Shown: positions 50,665 to 63,543, numbered from the stretch's first letter. The stretch: 64,000 nt of DNA from Methyloversatilis sp. (GCA_034004945.1 JAVEVQ010000001.1:28796-92795); one strand, 5' to 3'. Notes: a model not told the origin generated them from the sequence alone. Program-made: numbers and translations.

Positions 50665-51857
50665 CAGGCGTTCTCCGTCCTCTGTGCTTCGCCGGCCAGC
50701 ACCAGCGCCCACTGGGCAAGCACCGGCCCGACGAATTCCATCACGATCACCATGCCGGCGATGGCCGACAGTGCGCTGTCGGCGAGGCCGAAACCCGCGG
50801 TGCGGCTGTATTCGAGCAGCAACAGCGCGAAGGTCGACAGTGGCGCCAGCGCCAGCCCGGTCAAGGCACCCTTGCGCGTGCTGGTTCCGCTGACGTGGGC
50901 GAAGGCGGCGGTCGCGCTCATCTTCGCCGCGATGCGGCCAAGCGACAGCAGTACGGCCAGCGCGAGGCCGGCGGCGGTGGTCGGCCAGGTCGCCATGCCG
51001 GCAACGAACACGAACAGGAACAGCGTCAGCAGTTCGCCCAGCACGCCGAAGTTGCGCTGCGCCGGCGTCAGCACCAGCCGATTGCGCCGCATCAGTACGC
51101 CCAGCGTCAGAGCGGCCAGCAGGGGCGACACGTTGACGCCCTGGGTGAGCAAGGTGACCAGCATCACCGCCAGCGCGAACACGATGGTGACGCCGCGCTC
51201 GTCGGCGCGCAGACGGCGCAGCAGCCAGGGCAGCGGCACGCCGACCAGGATGCCGCAGCCGACCGACACGGCGAGGATTGCGGCGCTGTTCCACACCGCG
51301 CTGACCACGCTGCCGGACGCCAGCAGCTGCCAGTAGCCGATCGCGCCCTTCATCAGCAGCACCGAAATCAGGCAGTTGATGGCGCACAGGTGCAAGGCGC
51401 GCTCGGTCACCTGGCCGGAACCGCGCAGGTCGTTCACCACGCGCACCAGCGCGGCCGGCGAGGTGGCCACCGACAGCGCGCCGAGCACCATGGCGATGTC
51501 CGGCGACTGGCCCATCGCCAGCGCGATGGCACGTACCACGACGAAGGTGAGCAGCGATTCGGCGATGCCGGTCAGCGTGAGCCAGTAGTTGGTCACCAGC
51601 CAGCGCAGGTTGATGCGGTGGCCGAGCTCGAACAGGAAGAGGGCGAGCGAGAAATTGGCCAGAAAGGACATGGCGGCCCGTGTTTCGGCGTCATGCGGCG
51701 CGCCGCCCCACGCTGCGTAGACGATGCCGGCGAGCGAATAGGCGCAGACGCGCGGTATCGCCAGTCCACGGTGGAAGATCTCGCCGGCCAGCCAGGCGAG
51801 CAGAAGAACGGCCGGCCAGCCGACCAGCGAGAATATGCGACCTGCTTCGAAGACCAT
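50664..51857 (-). CDS. Cation:proton antiporter (CPA family)
   Basis: Multiple TM helices; LFELG, ATSPA and GQVTER motifs; overlaps the ybdK-like start. Confidence 0.82.
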   Translation of the reverse strand: MVFEAGRIFSLVGWPAVLLLAWLAGEIFHRGLAIPRVCAYSLAGIVYAAWGGAPHDAETRAAMSFLANFSLALFLFELGHRINLRWLVTNYWLTLTGIAESLLTFVVVRAIALAMGQSPDIAMVLGALSVATSPAALVRVVNDLRGSGQVTERALHLCAINCLISVLLMKGAIGYWQLLASGSVVSAVWNSAAILAVSVGCGILVGVPLPWLLRRLRADERGVTIVFALAVMLVTLLTQGVNVSPLLAALTLGVLMRRNRLVLTPAQRNFGVLGELLTLFLFVFVAGMATWPTTAAGLALAVLLSLGRIAAKMSATAAFAHVSGTSTRKGALTGLALAPLSTFALLLLEYSRTAGFGLADSALSAIAGMVIVMEFVGPVLAQWALVLAGEAQRTENA

Positions 51858-52049
51858 CGCGTCGCCTCCGTTCTGCATGCATTGCGCGCGGGAAGACAGA
51901 AGCCGTGCCCTGTGCGGCACGACGGCGGATTTTTCTGCGGGAGATACGGGCCGCTTCGATGCGGCCTCTTGTGGTGCTGCGCGGACCGGCTGGCGCCGGT
52001 CCGGGTGTCGGGCCGGCGGTGCCGGCTTTTCAGGTAGCGCTGGAGACTA

Positions 52050-53585
52050 TCACGCGGTGGCGACAGGAATCTTGCCGATCTTCGCCTGCCATTCCTTCGG
52101 GCCGGTCTCGTGCACCGAGGTGCCACCCGAGTCGACCGCGACGGTGACCGGCATGTCGACCACGTCGAATTCGTAGATCGCTTCCATGCCGAGGTCTTCG
52201 AAACCGACCACCTTCGCCGCCTTGATCGCTTTCGACACCAGGTAGGCGGCACCGCCGACAGCCATCAGGTAAGCGCTCTTGTGCTTGCGGATGGCCTCGA
52301 TCGCCGCCGGACCGCGCTCCGACTTGCCCACCATCGAGATGAGGCCGGTCTGGGCGAGCATCATCTCGGTGAACTTGTCCATGCGGGTGGCGGTGGTCGG
52401 GCCGGCAGGGCCGACCACTTCGTCGCGCACCGGATCGACCGGACCGACGTAGTAGATGACGCGGTTGGTGAAATCGACCGGCAACTTCTCGCCCCGGGCC
52501 AGCATGTCGGCGATGCGCTTGTGCGCGGCGTCGCGGCCGGTGAGCATCCTGCCGTTCAGCAACAGGGTCTGACCCGGCTTCCACGAGGCGACTTCCTCCG
52601 GCGTCAGCGTGTTCAGATCGACCCGCTTGGAGGTCTTGGTGTCGGCCTGCCAGGTCACCGCCGGCCAGTCTTCCAGACGCGGCGCTTCCAGCTTCGCCGG
52701 GCCGGAGCCGTCGAGGTGGAAGTGCACGTGGCGGGTGGCCGCGCAGTTCGGGATCATCGCCACCGGCAGCGAGGCGGCGTGCGTCGGATAGTCGAGGATC
52801 TTCACGTCGAGCACGGTGGACAGGCCACCCAGGCCCTGGGCGCCGATGCCCAGCGCGTTCACCTTCTCCATCAGTTCCAGCCGCAGTTCCTCGATGCGCG
52901 TGAGTTTTTCGCCACGCGCCGCCTTGTCGGCGACGATCTGGATGTTCACCGGCTCCATCAGCGATTCCTTGGCCAGCAGCATGGCCTTTTCCGGCGTGCC
53001 GCCGATGCCGATGCCCAGCATGCCCGGCGGGCACCAGCCGGCGCCCATGGTCGGTACCGTCTTCAGTACCCAGTCCACGATGGAATCGGACGGGTTCAGC
53101 ATGACCATCTTGGACTTGTTTTCCGAGCCGCCGCCCTTGGCCGCGCAGATCACTTCGACGTGGTCACCCGGCACGATTTCGTAGTGGATGACCGCCGGCG
53201 TGTTGTCCTTCGAGTTCTTGCGGGCGCCGGCCGGGTCGAGCAGCACCGAGGCGCGCAGCGTGTTGTCCGGGTGCATGTAGGCGCGGCGCACGCCTTCGTT
53301 GACCATGTCGGTCACGCTCATCGAAGCGTCCCAGCGCACGTTCATGCCCACCTTCAGGAAGACCACGGCGATCCCCGTGTCCTGGCAGATCGGGCGCTTG
53401 CCTTCCGCGCACATGCGCGAGTTGGTCAGGATCTGCGCGATCGCGTCACGTGCCGCCGGCGACTGTTCCCGCTCGTAAGCCGCACCCAGTGCCTGGATGA
53501 AGTCGAGCGGGTGATAACAGGAAATGAACTGGAAGGCGTCGGCGATGGACTGGATGAAGTCGTCCTGGCGGATGGGTTGGCTCAT
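52050..53585 (-). CDS. fumA: Class I (Fe-S) fumarate hydratase
   Basis: PICQDTG, KGGGSEN, GWCPP, CAATRH, GRDAAH and GPTT motifs. Confidence 0.93.
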   Translation of the reverse strand: MSQPIRQDDFIQSIADAFQFISCYHPLDFIQALGAAYEREQSPAARDAIAQILTNSRMCAEGKRPICQDTGIAVVFLKVGMNVRWDASMSVTDMVNEGVRRAYMHPDNTLRASVLLDPAGARKNSKDNTPAVIHYEIVPGDHVEVICAAKGGGSENKSKMVMLNPSDSIVDWVLKTVPTMGAGWCPPGMLGIGIGGTPEKAMLLAKESLMEPVNIQIVADKAARGEKLTRIEELRLELMEKVNALGIGAQGLGGLSTVLDVKILDYPTHAASLPVAMIPNCAATRHVHFHLDGSGPAKLEAPRLEDWPAVTWQADTKTSKRVDLNTLTPEEVASWKPGQTLLLNGRMLTGRDAAHKRIADMLARGEKLPVDFTNRVIYYVGPVDPVRDEVVGPAGPTTATRMDKFTEMMLAQTGLISMVGKSERGPAAIEAIRKHKSAYLMAVGGAAYLVSKAIKAAKVVGFEDLGMEAIYEFDVVDMPVTVAVDSGGTSVHETGPKEWQAKIGKIPVATA

Positions 53586-53637
53586 GGAAAGGTCCTCGGG
53601 TATTGAAGGGGGCCGCTCGTGGCGGCCCGGGCTGCGC

Positions 53638-54162
53638 TCAGTGGTGCGCCTTGTTGAGCACCAGCGTCTGCGTCATCAGCTTGTCGGTGTAGGCCATGGC
53701 CATGGCCGACACGACGAACACCATGTGGATCACCACCTGCCACAGCACGACGCGGTCGGCCAGCTGGCCGGCGTTGATGAAGGTCTTCAGCAGGTGGATG
53801 GCCGAAATGCCGATCAGGGCGGTGGCCAGCTTCACCTTGAGCACGCCGGCGTTGACGTGCGACAGCCATTCCGGCTGATCCGGATGGTCCTCAAGGTTCA
53901 GTCGCGACACGAAGGTTTCGTAGCCACCGACGATGACCATGATGAGCAGGTTGGCAATCATCACCACGTCGATCAGGCCCAGCACGATGAGCATGATGTC
54001 GGTTTCGGTCAGGTTGCCGATCTTGTGGATCAGGTGCGACAGCTCGACCATGAACAGATAGACATACACCGCCTGGGCGACGATCAGTCCGAAGTAGAGC
54101 GGGGCTTGCAGCCAGCGACTGGCGAAGATGCAGGTTTTTAGAACACGTCCAAGATTAGTCAT
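53638..54162 (-). CDS. TIGR00645/UPF0114 (YqhA) membrane protein
   Basis: SRWLQAPLY, LIDVVMIANLL, GGYETFVS and LKVKLA motifs. Confidence 0.88.
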   Translation of the reverse strand: MTNLGRVLKTCIFASRWLQAPLYFGLIVAQAVYVYLFMVELSHLIHKIGNLTETDIMLIVLGLIDVVMIANLLIMVIVGGYETFVSRLNLEDHPDQPEWLSHVNAGVLKVKLATALIGISAIHLLKTFINAGQLADRVVLWQVVIHMVFVVSAMAMAYTDKLMTQTLVLNKAHH

Positions 54163-54380
54163 GCGCAGTCGAATATAAGACAAAAGACGGCGCCGATATT
54201 ACCATCCGGTTCTTGCAGCTTCGGCTCGCGAGCGTAAGCGCTCTGTAAGCCGCAAAAGCTGTAATCGATGGAAGAAAAACGAGCGCGAAGTTCTGCGCCT
54301 GTCGGCGGCCCACAAGGCCGTACGTTGCACGGCGGTTTCCATCCGCCTGCTTGCAGATTTGAGATGACGGAGGAGGTTGT

Positions 54381-56351
<1,971 letters not shown>

Positions 56352-56408
56352 TCGGGGCCCGCGGCGCGTCTCCCGCGCCGCGGTTCTGCATTTCCGGGTG
56401 TGGTGCCG

Positions 56409-57893
56409 ATGAGTTCCGCTGACACCGCACCTCTCTCCGGCCCGCTGCAAGGCGGGCCGGATCTTCACCTTCCCCTGCATCGCCTGATCCGCCGCGCCGC
56501 TGTCTGCGTGCCCGCGGACGCGTCGCTGCGCGAGGCGCTGACGCGCATGAATGACGAGCGTGTCGGTTCGGTGCTGGTGACCGAGGCCGGTCGCGCGGTC
56601 GGCATCCTGACGCTGCCCGACCTGCCCGGGCGCGTGCTGCTGCCCGGCCTGTCGCTCGACACGCCGGTGGCGCAGGTGATGAGCTGTCCGCTGCATCTGC
56701 TCGATGCCGACTGCAGTGGCGAGGACGCGGCGCGACTGATGGCCCGCCACGACGTGCGCCACATCGCCGTGACCGACCACGACCAGCGCCTGCTCGGCGT
56801 CATCGCGCAGAACGACCTGTACGCGAGGCTGCGCAGTGACATCCGCTCGCTCGCCGGTCGCATCCACGCGGCGGGCGACCTGGACGCCCTGGGCGATGCC
56901 GCGCGCGCGGTGCGCCGCTTCGGCGTCGCCGAGCTGCAGGACGGCAGTTCGGCCGAGGCGCTGACGCTGCACCTGTCTGCGCTGAACGACGCGCTGACCG
57001 CACGCGCCATCGACCTGGTGCGCGCCGCACACCCTGACGGTGCGGTGTTCGACAGCGTGCGCTGGTGCTGGCTCGCCTTCGGCTCCGAAGGACGGATGGA
57101 ACAGACCTTCTGCACCGATCAGGACAATGGACTGGTGTTCGAGCTGCCGCCCGGTCTTGCCGCGGACGGTGTGCGTCCGGCACTGCTGCGTGTCGCCGGC
57201 GACATCAACCGCGCGCTGGCGCGGCTCGGCTTTCCGCTGTGCGAGGGCGGGGTGATGGCCGGTCAGCCGCGCTGCTGCCTGTCGTTCGACGAATGGCGCC
57301 AGGCCTTCGCCGGCTGGATCGCCGAACCGCAGCCCGAGGCGCTGCTGGCGGCCAACATCTTCTTCGATCTGCGCGCGCTGCACGGAGACGCCGCACTGGC
57401 TGATGCGCTGCTGGCGGAACAGGTGACGCAGGCTGCAGCCGGTACGCGCTTCCTGCGGCTGATGGCACAGAACGCCCTGCGCGCACGCGTACCGCTGGGC
57501 CTGTTCGGGCGCTTCCGAGTGGACGACGCACGCGATGCGCCGCATACGCTGGATCTGAAGGCCGGCGGCGCGCGTGTCTTCGCCGACTGTGCCCGGCTGC
57601 TGGCCCTGCGCGACGGCATCGCGGCGCGCTCGACCAGTGCCCGGCTGCGGGCGCTTGCGCGGCAGGGCGGGCTGGCGGGCGACGACGTCGATGCGATGAT
57701 CCGCGCCTTCTTCGTCATCCAGCAGCTGCGGCTGCTGCACCAGGGCGAGGGCGTGCCGACCCGCGTCCAGGCGGCAGCCAACCGCATCGATCCGCGCGCA
57801 CTGAACGCGCTCGACCGGGCCGTGCTGAAACAGGCGCTGCTCCAGGCGCAGCGCCTGCTCGACCGTATTCGTATCGACTGGCGTCTGCCCTGA
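56409..57893 (+). CDS. CBS-pair plus DUF294 nucleotidyltransferase-like protein
   Basis: Two CBS repeats; FGSEGR.EQ...TDQDN, CEGGVMA, IFFDLR and DLK motifs. Confidence 0.85.
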   Translation: MSSADTAPLSGPLQGGPDLHLPLHRLIRRAAVCVPADASLREALTRMNDERVGSVLVTEAGRAVGILTLPDLPGRVLLPGLSLDTPVAQVMSCPLHLLDADCSGEDAARLMARHDVRHIAVTDHDQRLLGVIAQNDLYARLRSDIRSLAGRIHAAGDLDALGDAARAVRRFGVAELQDGSSAEALTLHLSALNDALTARAIDLVRAAHPDGAVFDSVRWCWLAFGSEGRMEQTFCTDQDNGLVFELPPGLAADGVRPALLRVAGDINRALARLGFPLCEGGVMAGQPRCCLSFDEWRQAFAGWIAEPQPEALLAANIFFDLRALHGDAALADALLAEQVTQAAAGTRFLRLMAQNALRARVPLGLFGRFRVDDARDAPHTLDLKAGGARVFADCARLLALRDGIAARSTSARLRALARQGGLAGDDVDAMIRAFFVIQQLRLLHQGEGVPTRVQAAANRIDPRALNALDRAVLKQALLQAQRLLDRIRIDWRLP

Positions 57894-58065
57894 TTGCATG
57901 CTGCACCGCCATATCGGGGTGATGTAAGCGGGCAGTAAGATTGGACTGCATCATGTGCGTCACGTCATGGGCGTTTGTGTCGCGGCGATGCGCCGCCGCG
58001 CCTGCATGACGACAACAAGGCGTCGCGATGACTTCGCCGACATGACGCCACAGGAGGAGACCTGT

Positions 58066-58326
58066 ATGCAGTTGTCAGAACGGCACCGGGAGTACTGGCG
58101 CCGGAATCTTCGCATCACCGCGGTTCTGCTGGCGATCTGGTTCCTGGTCACCTTCGTGCCGGTCTATTTCGCGCGCTCGCTGAACGAAATCACCTTCCTC
58201 GGCTGGCCGCTGGCCTTCTACATGGGGGCGCAGGGCGCACTCATCGTCTATGTGATCATCATCGGCTACTACGCGCGCGTGATGAACCGGCTCGATCGTG
58301 AGTACGGCGTGAGCGAGGACCGCTGA
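58066..58326 (+). CDS. DUF4212 family small subunit of solute:sodium symporter
   Basis: YWRRNL, GWPLAFYMGAQG and LDREYGV motifs; GGAGGAG RBS. Confidence 0.88.
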   Translation: MQLSERHREYWRRNLRITAVLLAIWFLVTFVPVYFARSLNEITFLGWPLAFYMGAQGALIVYVIIIGYYARVMNRLDREYGVSEDR

Positions 58327-58328
58327 AC

Positions 58329-60398
58329 ATGCCTCACACGCAGGCCGCCTTCAAGCAGCAGTTGAAGAAGATGTACAGCTGGTACGCCGGCGGCTTCTTC
58401 GTTTTCGTCGCCTTCCTGGCCGTGGCCGAACAGCTGGGCATGTCGTCGCAGTGGATCGGCTACATCTTCATGTTCTCGACCATCGCGCTGTACGCCGGCA
58501 TCGGCGTCATGAGCCGCACCGCCGACGTGTCAGAGTACTACGTCGCCGGCCGGCGGGTGCCGGCGCTGTTCAACGGCATGGCGACCGGCGCCGACTGGAT
58601 GTCCGCCGCGTCCTTCATCGGCATGGCGGGCACGCTGTACTTCAGTGGTTATCAGGGTCTCGCCTTCGTGATGGGCTGGACCGGCGGCTACTGCCTCGTC
58701 GCGCTCTTTCTCGCACCCTATCTGCGCAAGTTCGGCGAATTCACGATTCCGGATTTCCTCGGCGCCCGCTACGGCGGCAATCTGGCGCGCCTGATCGGCG
58801 TCGTCGCCGCCATTCTGGCCTCCTTCACCTATGTCGTGGCGCAGATCTACGGCGTCGGTCTGATCACCAGCCGCTTCGTCGGTCTGGAATTCGAGGTCGG
58901 CGTATTCGTCGGGCTGGCCGGCATCCTGGTCTGTTCCTTTCTCGGCGGCATGCGCGCGGTGACCTGGACCCAGGTTGCGCAGTACATCATTCTCATCGTC
59001 GCCTACCTGATCCCGGTCGTCATCCTGTCGACCAAGGTGACCGGCGTGCCGGTGCCGCAGGCGATGTACGGTCAGGTGCTGCAGAAGCTGACAGCCAAGG
59101 AGACCGAGCTTTTCGCGGCGCCGAAGGAGGTCGAGGTCAACGCGCTGTACAAGGCGAAAGCCGATGACTTCGACCGCAAGATCCGGGGCCTGCCGGGTTC
59201 GCTCGACGCCGAACGCGCGCATCTGACGGCAAAGCTCGATCAGCTGAAGTCGGCCAACGCGCCGGCCAAGCAGATCGCCGCCGCCGAGATGGCCCTGCGC
59301 AACATTCCGAAGACCGAAGCCGAAGCGCGCCGCAAGTGGGGCGAGGCGCGCAAGCTGGCCGAAGCGAAGGCGAAGCCGCCGCTCGCGCATACCGAAGCGC
59401 ACGCCGGCAAGGACCGGGCGGAATCCGACAGCAAGCGCCTGAACTTCATCGCGCTGGTGGTCTGCCTGATGATAGGTACGGCCTCGCTGCCGCACATCCT
59501 GATGCGCTACTACACGACGCCGAGCGTCAAGGAAGCGCGCGAATCGGTGTTCTGGTCGCTGTTCTTCATCTTCCTGCTCTACTTCACGGCGCCCGCCTAC
59601 GCGGTGTTCGCCAAGTGGGAGGTTTACAACAACCTCGTCGGCTCCACCATTTCCACCCTGCCGGGCTGGGTCGCCTCGTGGGGCAAGGTCGGGCTGGTGA
59701 AGATCGATGACATCAACGCCGACGGCATCCTGCAGCTGGCCGAGCTGACGCTGAATACCGACGTGATCGTGCTGGCGACACCGGAGATCGCCGGCCTGCC
59801 TTACGTGATTTCGGGGCTGGTTGCCGCCGGCGGCCTCGCGGCGGCGCTGTCCACGGCCGACGGCCTGCTGCTGACCATCGCCAACGCGATGTCGCACGAC
59901 GTCTATTACAAGGTGATCGACCCGAACGCGTCGACCCAGCGCCGGCTGGTCATTTCGAAGACACTGCTGCTGGTGGTCGCGCTGATCGCCGCCTACACCG
60001 CGTCGCTGAAGCCCGACAACATCCTGTTCATGGTCGGACTGGCATTCTCGATTGCCGCATCGGCCTTCTTCCCGGCGCTGGTGTGCGGCGTGTTCTGGAA
60101 GCGGGCCAATATGGCCGGCGCGGTCGCCGGCATGGTGGCCGGGCTCGGCATGTGCCTCTACTACGCGGCGATCACCCACCCCTTCTTCGGCGGCGACATC
60201 CGCAACGCCTGGCTGGGTATCGAATCCATTTCATGCGGGTTCTTCGGCATTCCGACCGGCTTCGTCGTGCTCATCGTCGTCAGTCTGCTGACGCCGGCAC
60301 CCGACGCCGAGACGCAGGATCTGGTCGAACATGTCCGTTACCCCAATCTCGGCAACACGGCGCGCGGCGCGCCGACCGGCGGAGGCGCAGATCACTGA
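58329..60398 (+). CDS. actP: Sodium:solute symporter, ActP/VC_2705-like (probable acetate uptake)
   Basis: YYVAGR, NGMATGADWMSAASF, GTASLPH and AAALSTADGLL motifs; next to acs. Confidence 0.85.
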   Translation: MPHTQAAFKQQLKKMYSWYAGGFFVFVAFLAVAEQLGMSSQWIGYIFMFSTIALYAGIGVMSRTADVSEYYVAGRRVPALFNGMATGADWMSAASFIGMAGTLYFSGYQGLAFVMGWTGGYCLVALFLAPYLRKFGEFTIPDFLGARYGGNLARLIGVVAAILASFTYVVAQIYGVGLITSRFVGLEFEVGVFVGLAGILVCSFLGGMRAVTWTQVAQYIILIVAYLIPVVILSTKVTGVPVPQAMYGQVLQKLTAKETELFAAPKEVEVNALYKAKADDFDRKIRGLPGSLDAERAHLTAKLDQLKSANAPAKQIAAAEMALRNIPKTEAEARRKWGEARKLAEAKAKPPLAHTEAHAGKDRAESDSKRLNFIALVVCLMIGTASLPHILMRYYTTPSVKEARESVFWSLFFIFLLYFTAPAYAVFAKWEVYNNLVGSTISTLPGWVASWGKVGLVKIDDINADGILQLAELTLNTDVIVLATPEIAGLPYVISGLVAAGGLAAALSTADGLLLTIANAMSHDVYYKVIDPNASTQRRLVISKTLLLVVALIAAYTASLKPDNILFMVGLAFSIAASAFFPALVCGVFWKRANMAGAVAGMVAGLGMCLYYAAITHPFFGGDIRNAWLGIESISCGFFGIPTGFVVLIVVSLLTPAPDAETQDLVEHVRYPNLGNTARGAPTGGGADH

Positions 60399-60567
60399 AG
60401 GCAGGACCCCGCCTCTCCCTAGACCGGCCGCGCAACCCACGCGAAAGCCGGCACCTGTAAAGCCAGAGGCCCGCCAAAAGCGGGCCTCCTGCTTTCCGGC
60501 CTGCCGCTCCGCCGCGCGTGCGGGCGCAAACAAGCGGCCGGTTTCTGATATAGTCTCGCGTCTTCGC

Positions 60568-60657
60568 GGAGAGGTGGATGAGTGGTTTAAGTCGCACGCC
60601 TGGAAAGCGTGTTTAGGTGAAAACCTAACGCGGGTTCGAATCCCGCCCTCTCCGCCA
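60568..60657 (+). tRNA. tRNA-Ser(GGA)
   Basis: GGAGAGG acceptor stem pairs with CCTCTCC; anticodon loop CT-GGA-AA; long variable arm; GGTTCGAATCC; encoded CCA end. Confidence 0.96.
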
Positions 60658-60677
60658 CAAGAAATCCATTGAGAATC

Positions 60678-60710
60678 AAGCGCCTGGCAGGCTCGCTCAG
60701 GCGCTTTTTT
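60678..60710 (+). terminator. Terminator after tRNA-Ser
   Basis: AAGCGCCTG...CAGGCGCTT followed by a T run. Confidence 0.7.
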
Positions 60711-61193
60711 CGTTCACGAGCCGCGATTCTGGAGGCTTGTGTCGGGCGCCGGCCCGGCCGGCTACGCGGGATTTCCGGGGCGCAGTTCACCGATCGTCGC
60801 TGAAGCATCCTTTGCGATACTGCATGCCGATGTCCTCGGTTCGACGCGCTGCGCACGGATGACGCGGATATGGCCGGATTCAATCCGCCCTCCTGATGTG
60901 CGCTTGGGGCACCTGTTCCGCTTCGGGTATCGGGCCGATGCCCTGCGGCTGTCGCTCGCCCGGCGCAGTGGCGGCCAGGCGGATGCCATCGCTGCGATGC
61001 ACGCACCGCACCCGATCACGTCATACTGCGCGACATCGGCAGGCAGATCGTGGCGGTGCCGGCCGGATGCGTGATGTGCATCTCCGGGACCGGTGTGCTC
61101 GCGGCGGCAGCGTGCCGGCGCAAGGCCTGAGACGCAAGGCGGAATGAACACGGCCTGCAGGCGCGGGCCTTTCCTTTCACGCGCGCCCGGCCG

Positions 61194-61787
61194 CTACTGC
61201 AGCGCGCGGTAGTTGCTCATCACCTGCGGCACGTAACGCTGTGTCTCGGCGTAGGGCGGAATGCGGCCGCCGTATTTCTGTACCGCGCCCTCGCCGGCGT
61301 TGTAGGCGGCCAGTGCCAGTTCGAGCTGGCCATCGAAGCGGGTGAGCAGATCGCGCAGGTAGAGCGCGCCACCCAGCACGTTCTGGTCCGGGTCGAAGCG
61401 GTCGGCCACACCATAACGGCGGGCGGTCGCCGGCATCAGCTGCATCAGGCCGGCCGCGCCCTTGGGCGACACCGCCCTCGGGTTGTAGGCCGATTCGGCG
61501 CGGATGACCGCGTGCAGCAGACTGGCGTCGACGCCAGCCGCACGCGCTGCGCGTTCGATCCGTGGCGCGTGCAGCCGGGCCGACGGATGCTCGGCACGCG
61601 CCGCCACCGGCGCGGCTGCAGCATCGCGCTCGCTGCGCAGAAGCAGCTCGAAGCCGTCACCGCCCGGCGCGTCGGTCAGCACCAGCGCGCCGTCGGCATC
61701 TTCCTTCACATAGACGTCGGCCTGCGCTGCAGCGGTACACAGCAACGCGAGCAGGACGAAAACAGAGCGGGTGGTCGTTGAAGTCAT
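61194..61787 (-). CDS. Lytic transglycosylase (SLT domain)
   Basis: Signal peptide; VIRAES, GAAGLMQLMP, AYNAGEG and PPYAETQRYV motifs. Confidence 0.9.
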   Translation of the reverse strand: MTSTTTRSVFVLLALLCTAAAQADVYVKEDADGALVLTDAPGGDGFELLLRSERDAAAAPVAARAEHPSARLHAPRIERAARAAGVDASLLHAVIRAESAYNPRAVSPKGAAGLMQLMPATARRYGVADRFDPDQNVLGGALYLRDLLTRFDGQLELALAAYNAGEGAVQKYGGRIPPYAETQRYVPQVMSNYRALQ

Positions 61788-61928
61788 CTGCAGGAAATAC
61801 ACGGGCGATAGAGTTGCGGGTGTTGCAAGGATGCTGCGGAATGTTTTCAGCGATATTGAAACAAGACGGAAGCATCTGCGCCATTTGCTTGATGCGTTCG
61901 ATGCACGGCGACTAGACTCGATACGATC

Positions 61929-62363
61929 ATGACACGTCACATTACGGCTATGAACCGGATTTCTCAACGCGGCTTCACCCTGCTCGAACTGCTGGTGGTG
62001 ATGGTCATCATCGGCCTGCTGGCCGGATACGTCGGCCCGCGCTTCTTCAGCCAGATCGGCAAATCCGAGGTCAAGGCGGCGCGCGCGCAGATCGATGCGC
62101 TGGAAAAGGCGCTCGACCAGTTCCGTCTCGACAACGGGCGCTACCCGACCACCGAAGAGGGGTTGAAGGCACTGGTCGAGCGTCCGTCGACGACCAGCAA
62201 GTGGTCCGGCCCCTATCTGAAGAAGGCGGTCCCGCTCGATCCGTGGGAGCGTCCCTATATATATAAGGCACCTGGCGAACACGGCGAGTACGACCTGAGC
62301 TCGCTGGGCAAGGACGGCCAGGCAGGCGGCACCGAAGAAGCCGCCGACATCACGAACTGGTGA
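61929..62363 (+). CDS. gspG: Type II secretion major pseudopilin
   Basis: RGFTLLELL, YPTTEEGL.AL, W.GPYL, DPW and DITNW motifs. Confidence 0.93.
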   Translation: MTRHITAMNRISQRGFTLLELLVVMVIIGLLAGYVGPRFFSQIGKSEVKAARAQIDALEKALDQFRLDNGRYPTTEEGLKALVERPSTTSKWSGPYLKKAVPLDPWERPYIYKAPGEHGEYDLSSLGKDGQAGGTEEAADITNW

Positions 62364-62364
62364 C

Positions 62365-63543
62365 ATGCTTTTCCGCATCCGCGCACTCGACGTCACCAAT
62401 CGCATCACGCAGCTGCAGGTCGAAGCGTCCGACGAAGCGTCGGCACGCGCACAGGTCCAGGCCGACGGCCTGACCGTGCTGTCGGCTTCGCGTGCGCACA
62501 CGCTGTCGTTCAACCGGCAGCGTTTTCCGGTGCTGCTGTTCTGCCAGGAGCTGCTGGCGCTGCTGCGCTCCGGCCTGTCGCTGGTCGAAGGTCTGGAGGT
62601 GATGGCCGAGAAGGAGGGCCGCACGCTGTCGCGCACCGTGCTGAGCGCGCTGATCGATGCGCTGCGCCAGGGCAAGACGCTGTCGATGGCGATGTCGGCC
62701 CAGACCGCCATCTTTCCCGACCTGCTGGTGGCGATGATCCGCGCTTCCGAGCGCACCAGCGACCTCGACCAGGCGCTCGAACGCTACGTCGCCTACAGCG
62801 AGCAGCTCGACAGTCTGCGCGGCAAGCTGGTGGCGGCGGCCACCTATCCGGTCATCCTGCTGGTGGTGGGCATGCTGGTGGTGCTCTTCCTGCTGGTGTT
62901 CGTGGTGCCGGAGTTCTCGAAAGTGTATGAAGACATTTCCACCGACCTGCCGCTGGCTTCGCAATGGCTGCTGGCCTGGGGCCATTTCGTCAAGGCGAAT
63001 TCGGCGTCCTTGGGACTGGGCCTGCTCGTGGCGGTGATCGGCGTCGTGTGGACGGTGCGGCAGCCGGCCTTCCGTCAGGGCCTGATGGCGCAGTTCGAGC
63101 GCGTGCCCGGCATCGGCAGCCGGATGCGTGTGTTCCGCCTTGCACGCTTCTTCCGCACCGTCGGCATGCTGCTGCGCGGCGGCATTCCGGTCGTGCAGTC
63201 GCTCGAACTGGTGCGCGAACTGCTGCCGCTGCCGATGCAGCAGAGCCTGACGCGCGCGCTGCTGTCGATACGCGAGGGGCGTGCGGCGTCTGACGCCTTC
63301 ACCGAGGTCGGCCTGAGCACCGCGGTGGCGTCGCGCATGCTGCGCGTCGGTGAGCGCGCCGGCAATCTGGGCGACATGATGGAACGCATCGCCGCCTTCC
63401 ACGACGAGGAAATGACGCGCTGGCTCGACCGCGCGACCCGGCTGTTCGGTCCGCTGCTGATGCTGGTGATCGGTCTGGCCATCGGTGGCGTCGTGGTGCT
63501 GATGTACTTGCCCATCTTCCAGTTGGCGGAGAGTCTGCAATGA
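62365..63543 (+). CDS. gspF: Type II secretion platform protein
   Basis: QEL.ALLRSG, YPVILL and VGERAGNL motifs; C-terminal MYLPIF. Confidence 0.9.
   Translation: MLFRIRALDVTNRITQLQVEASDEASARAQVQADGLTVLSASRAHTLSFNRQRFPVLLFCQELLALLRSGLSLVEGLEVMAEKEGRTLSRTVLSALIDALRQGKTLSMAMSAQTAIFPDLLVAMIRASERTSDLDQALERYVAYSEQLDSLRGKLVAAATYPVILLVVGMLVVLFLLVFVVPEFSKVYEDISTDLPLASQWLLAWGHFVKANSASLGLGLLVAVIGVVWTVRQPAFRQGLMAQFERVPGIGSRMRVFRLARFFRTVGMLLRGGIPVVQSLELVRELLPLPMQQSLTRALLSIREGRAASDAFTEVGLSTAVASRMLRVGERAGNLGDMMERIAAFHDEEMTRWLDRATRLFGPLLMLVIGLAIGGVVVLMYLPIFQLAESLQ

Noticed and set aside
60568-61190. Genomic island integrated at tRNA-Ser
   Set aside because: No integrase, no duplicated tRNA 3' end, and no sustained compositional shift in the window.
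61194-62756. 520-aa SLT ORF (and extended ORFs 49061-50719, 49546-51387, 12948-16889) as fusion proteins
   Set aside because: The extensions overlap neighbouring real genes; better starts with signal peptides or translational coupling lie downstream.
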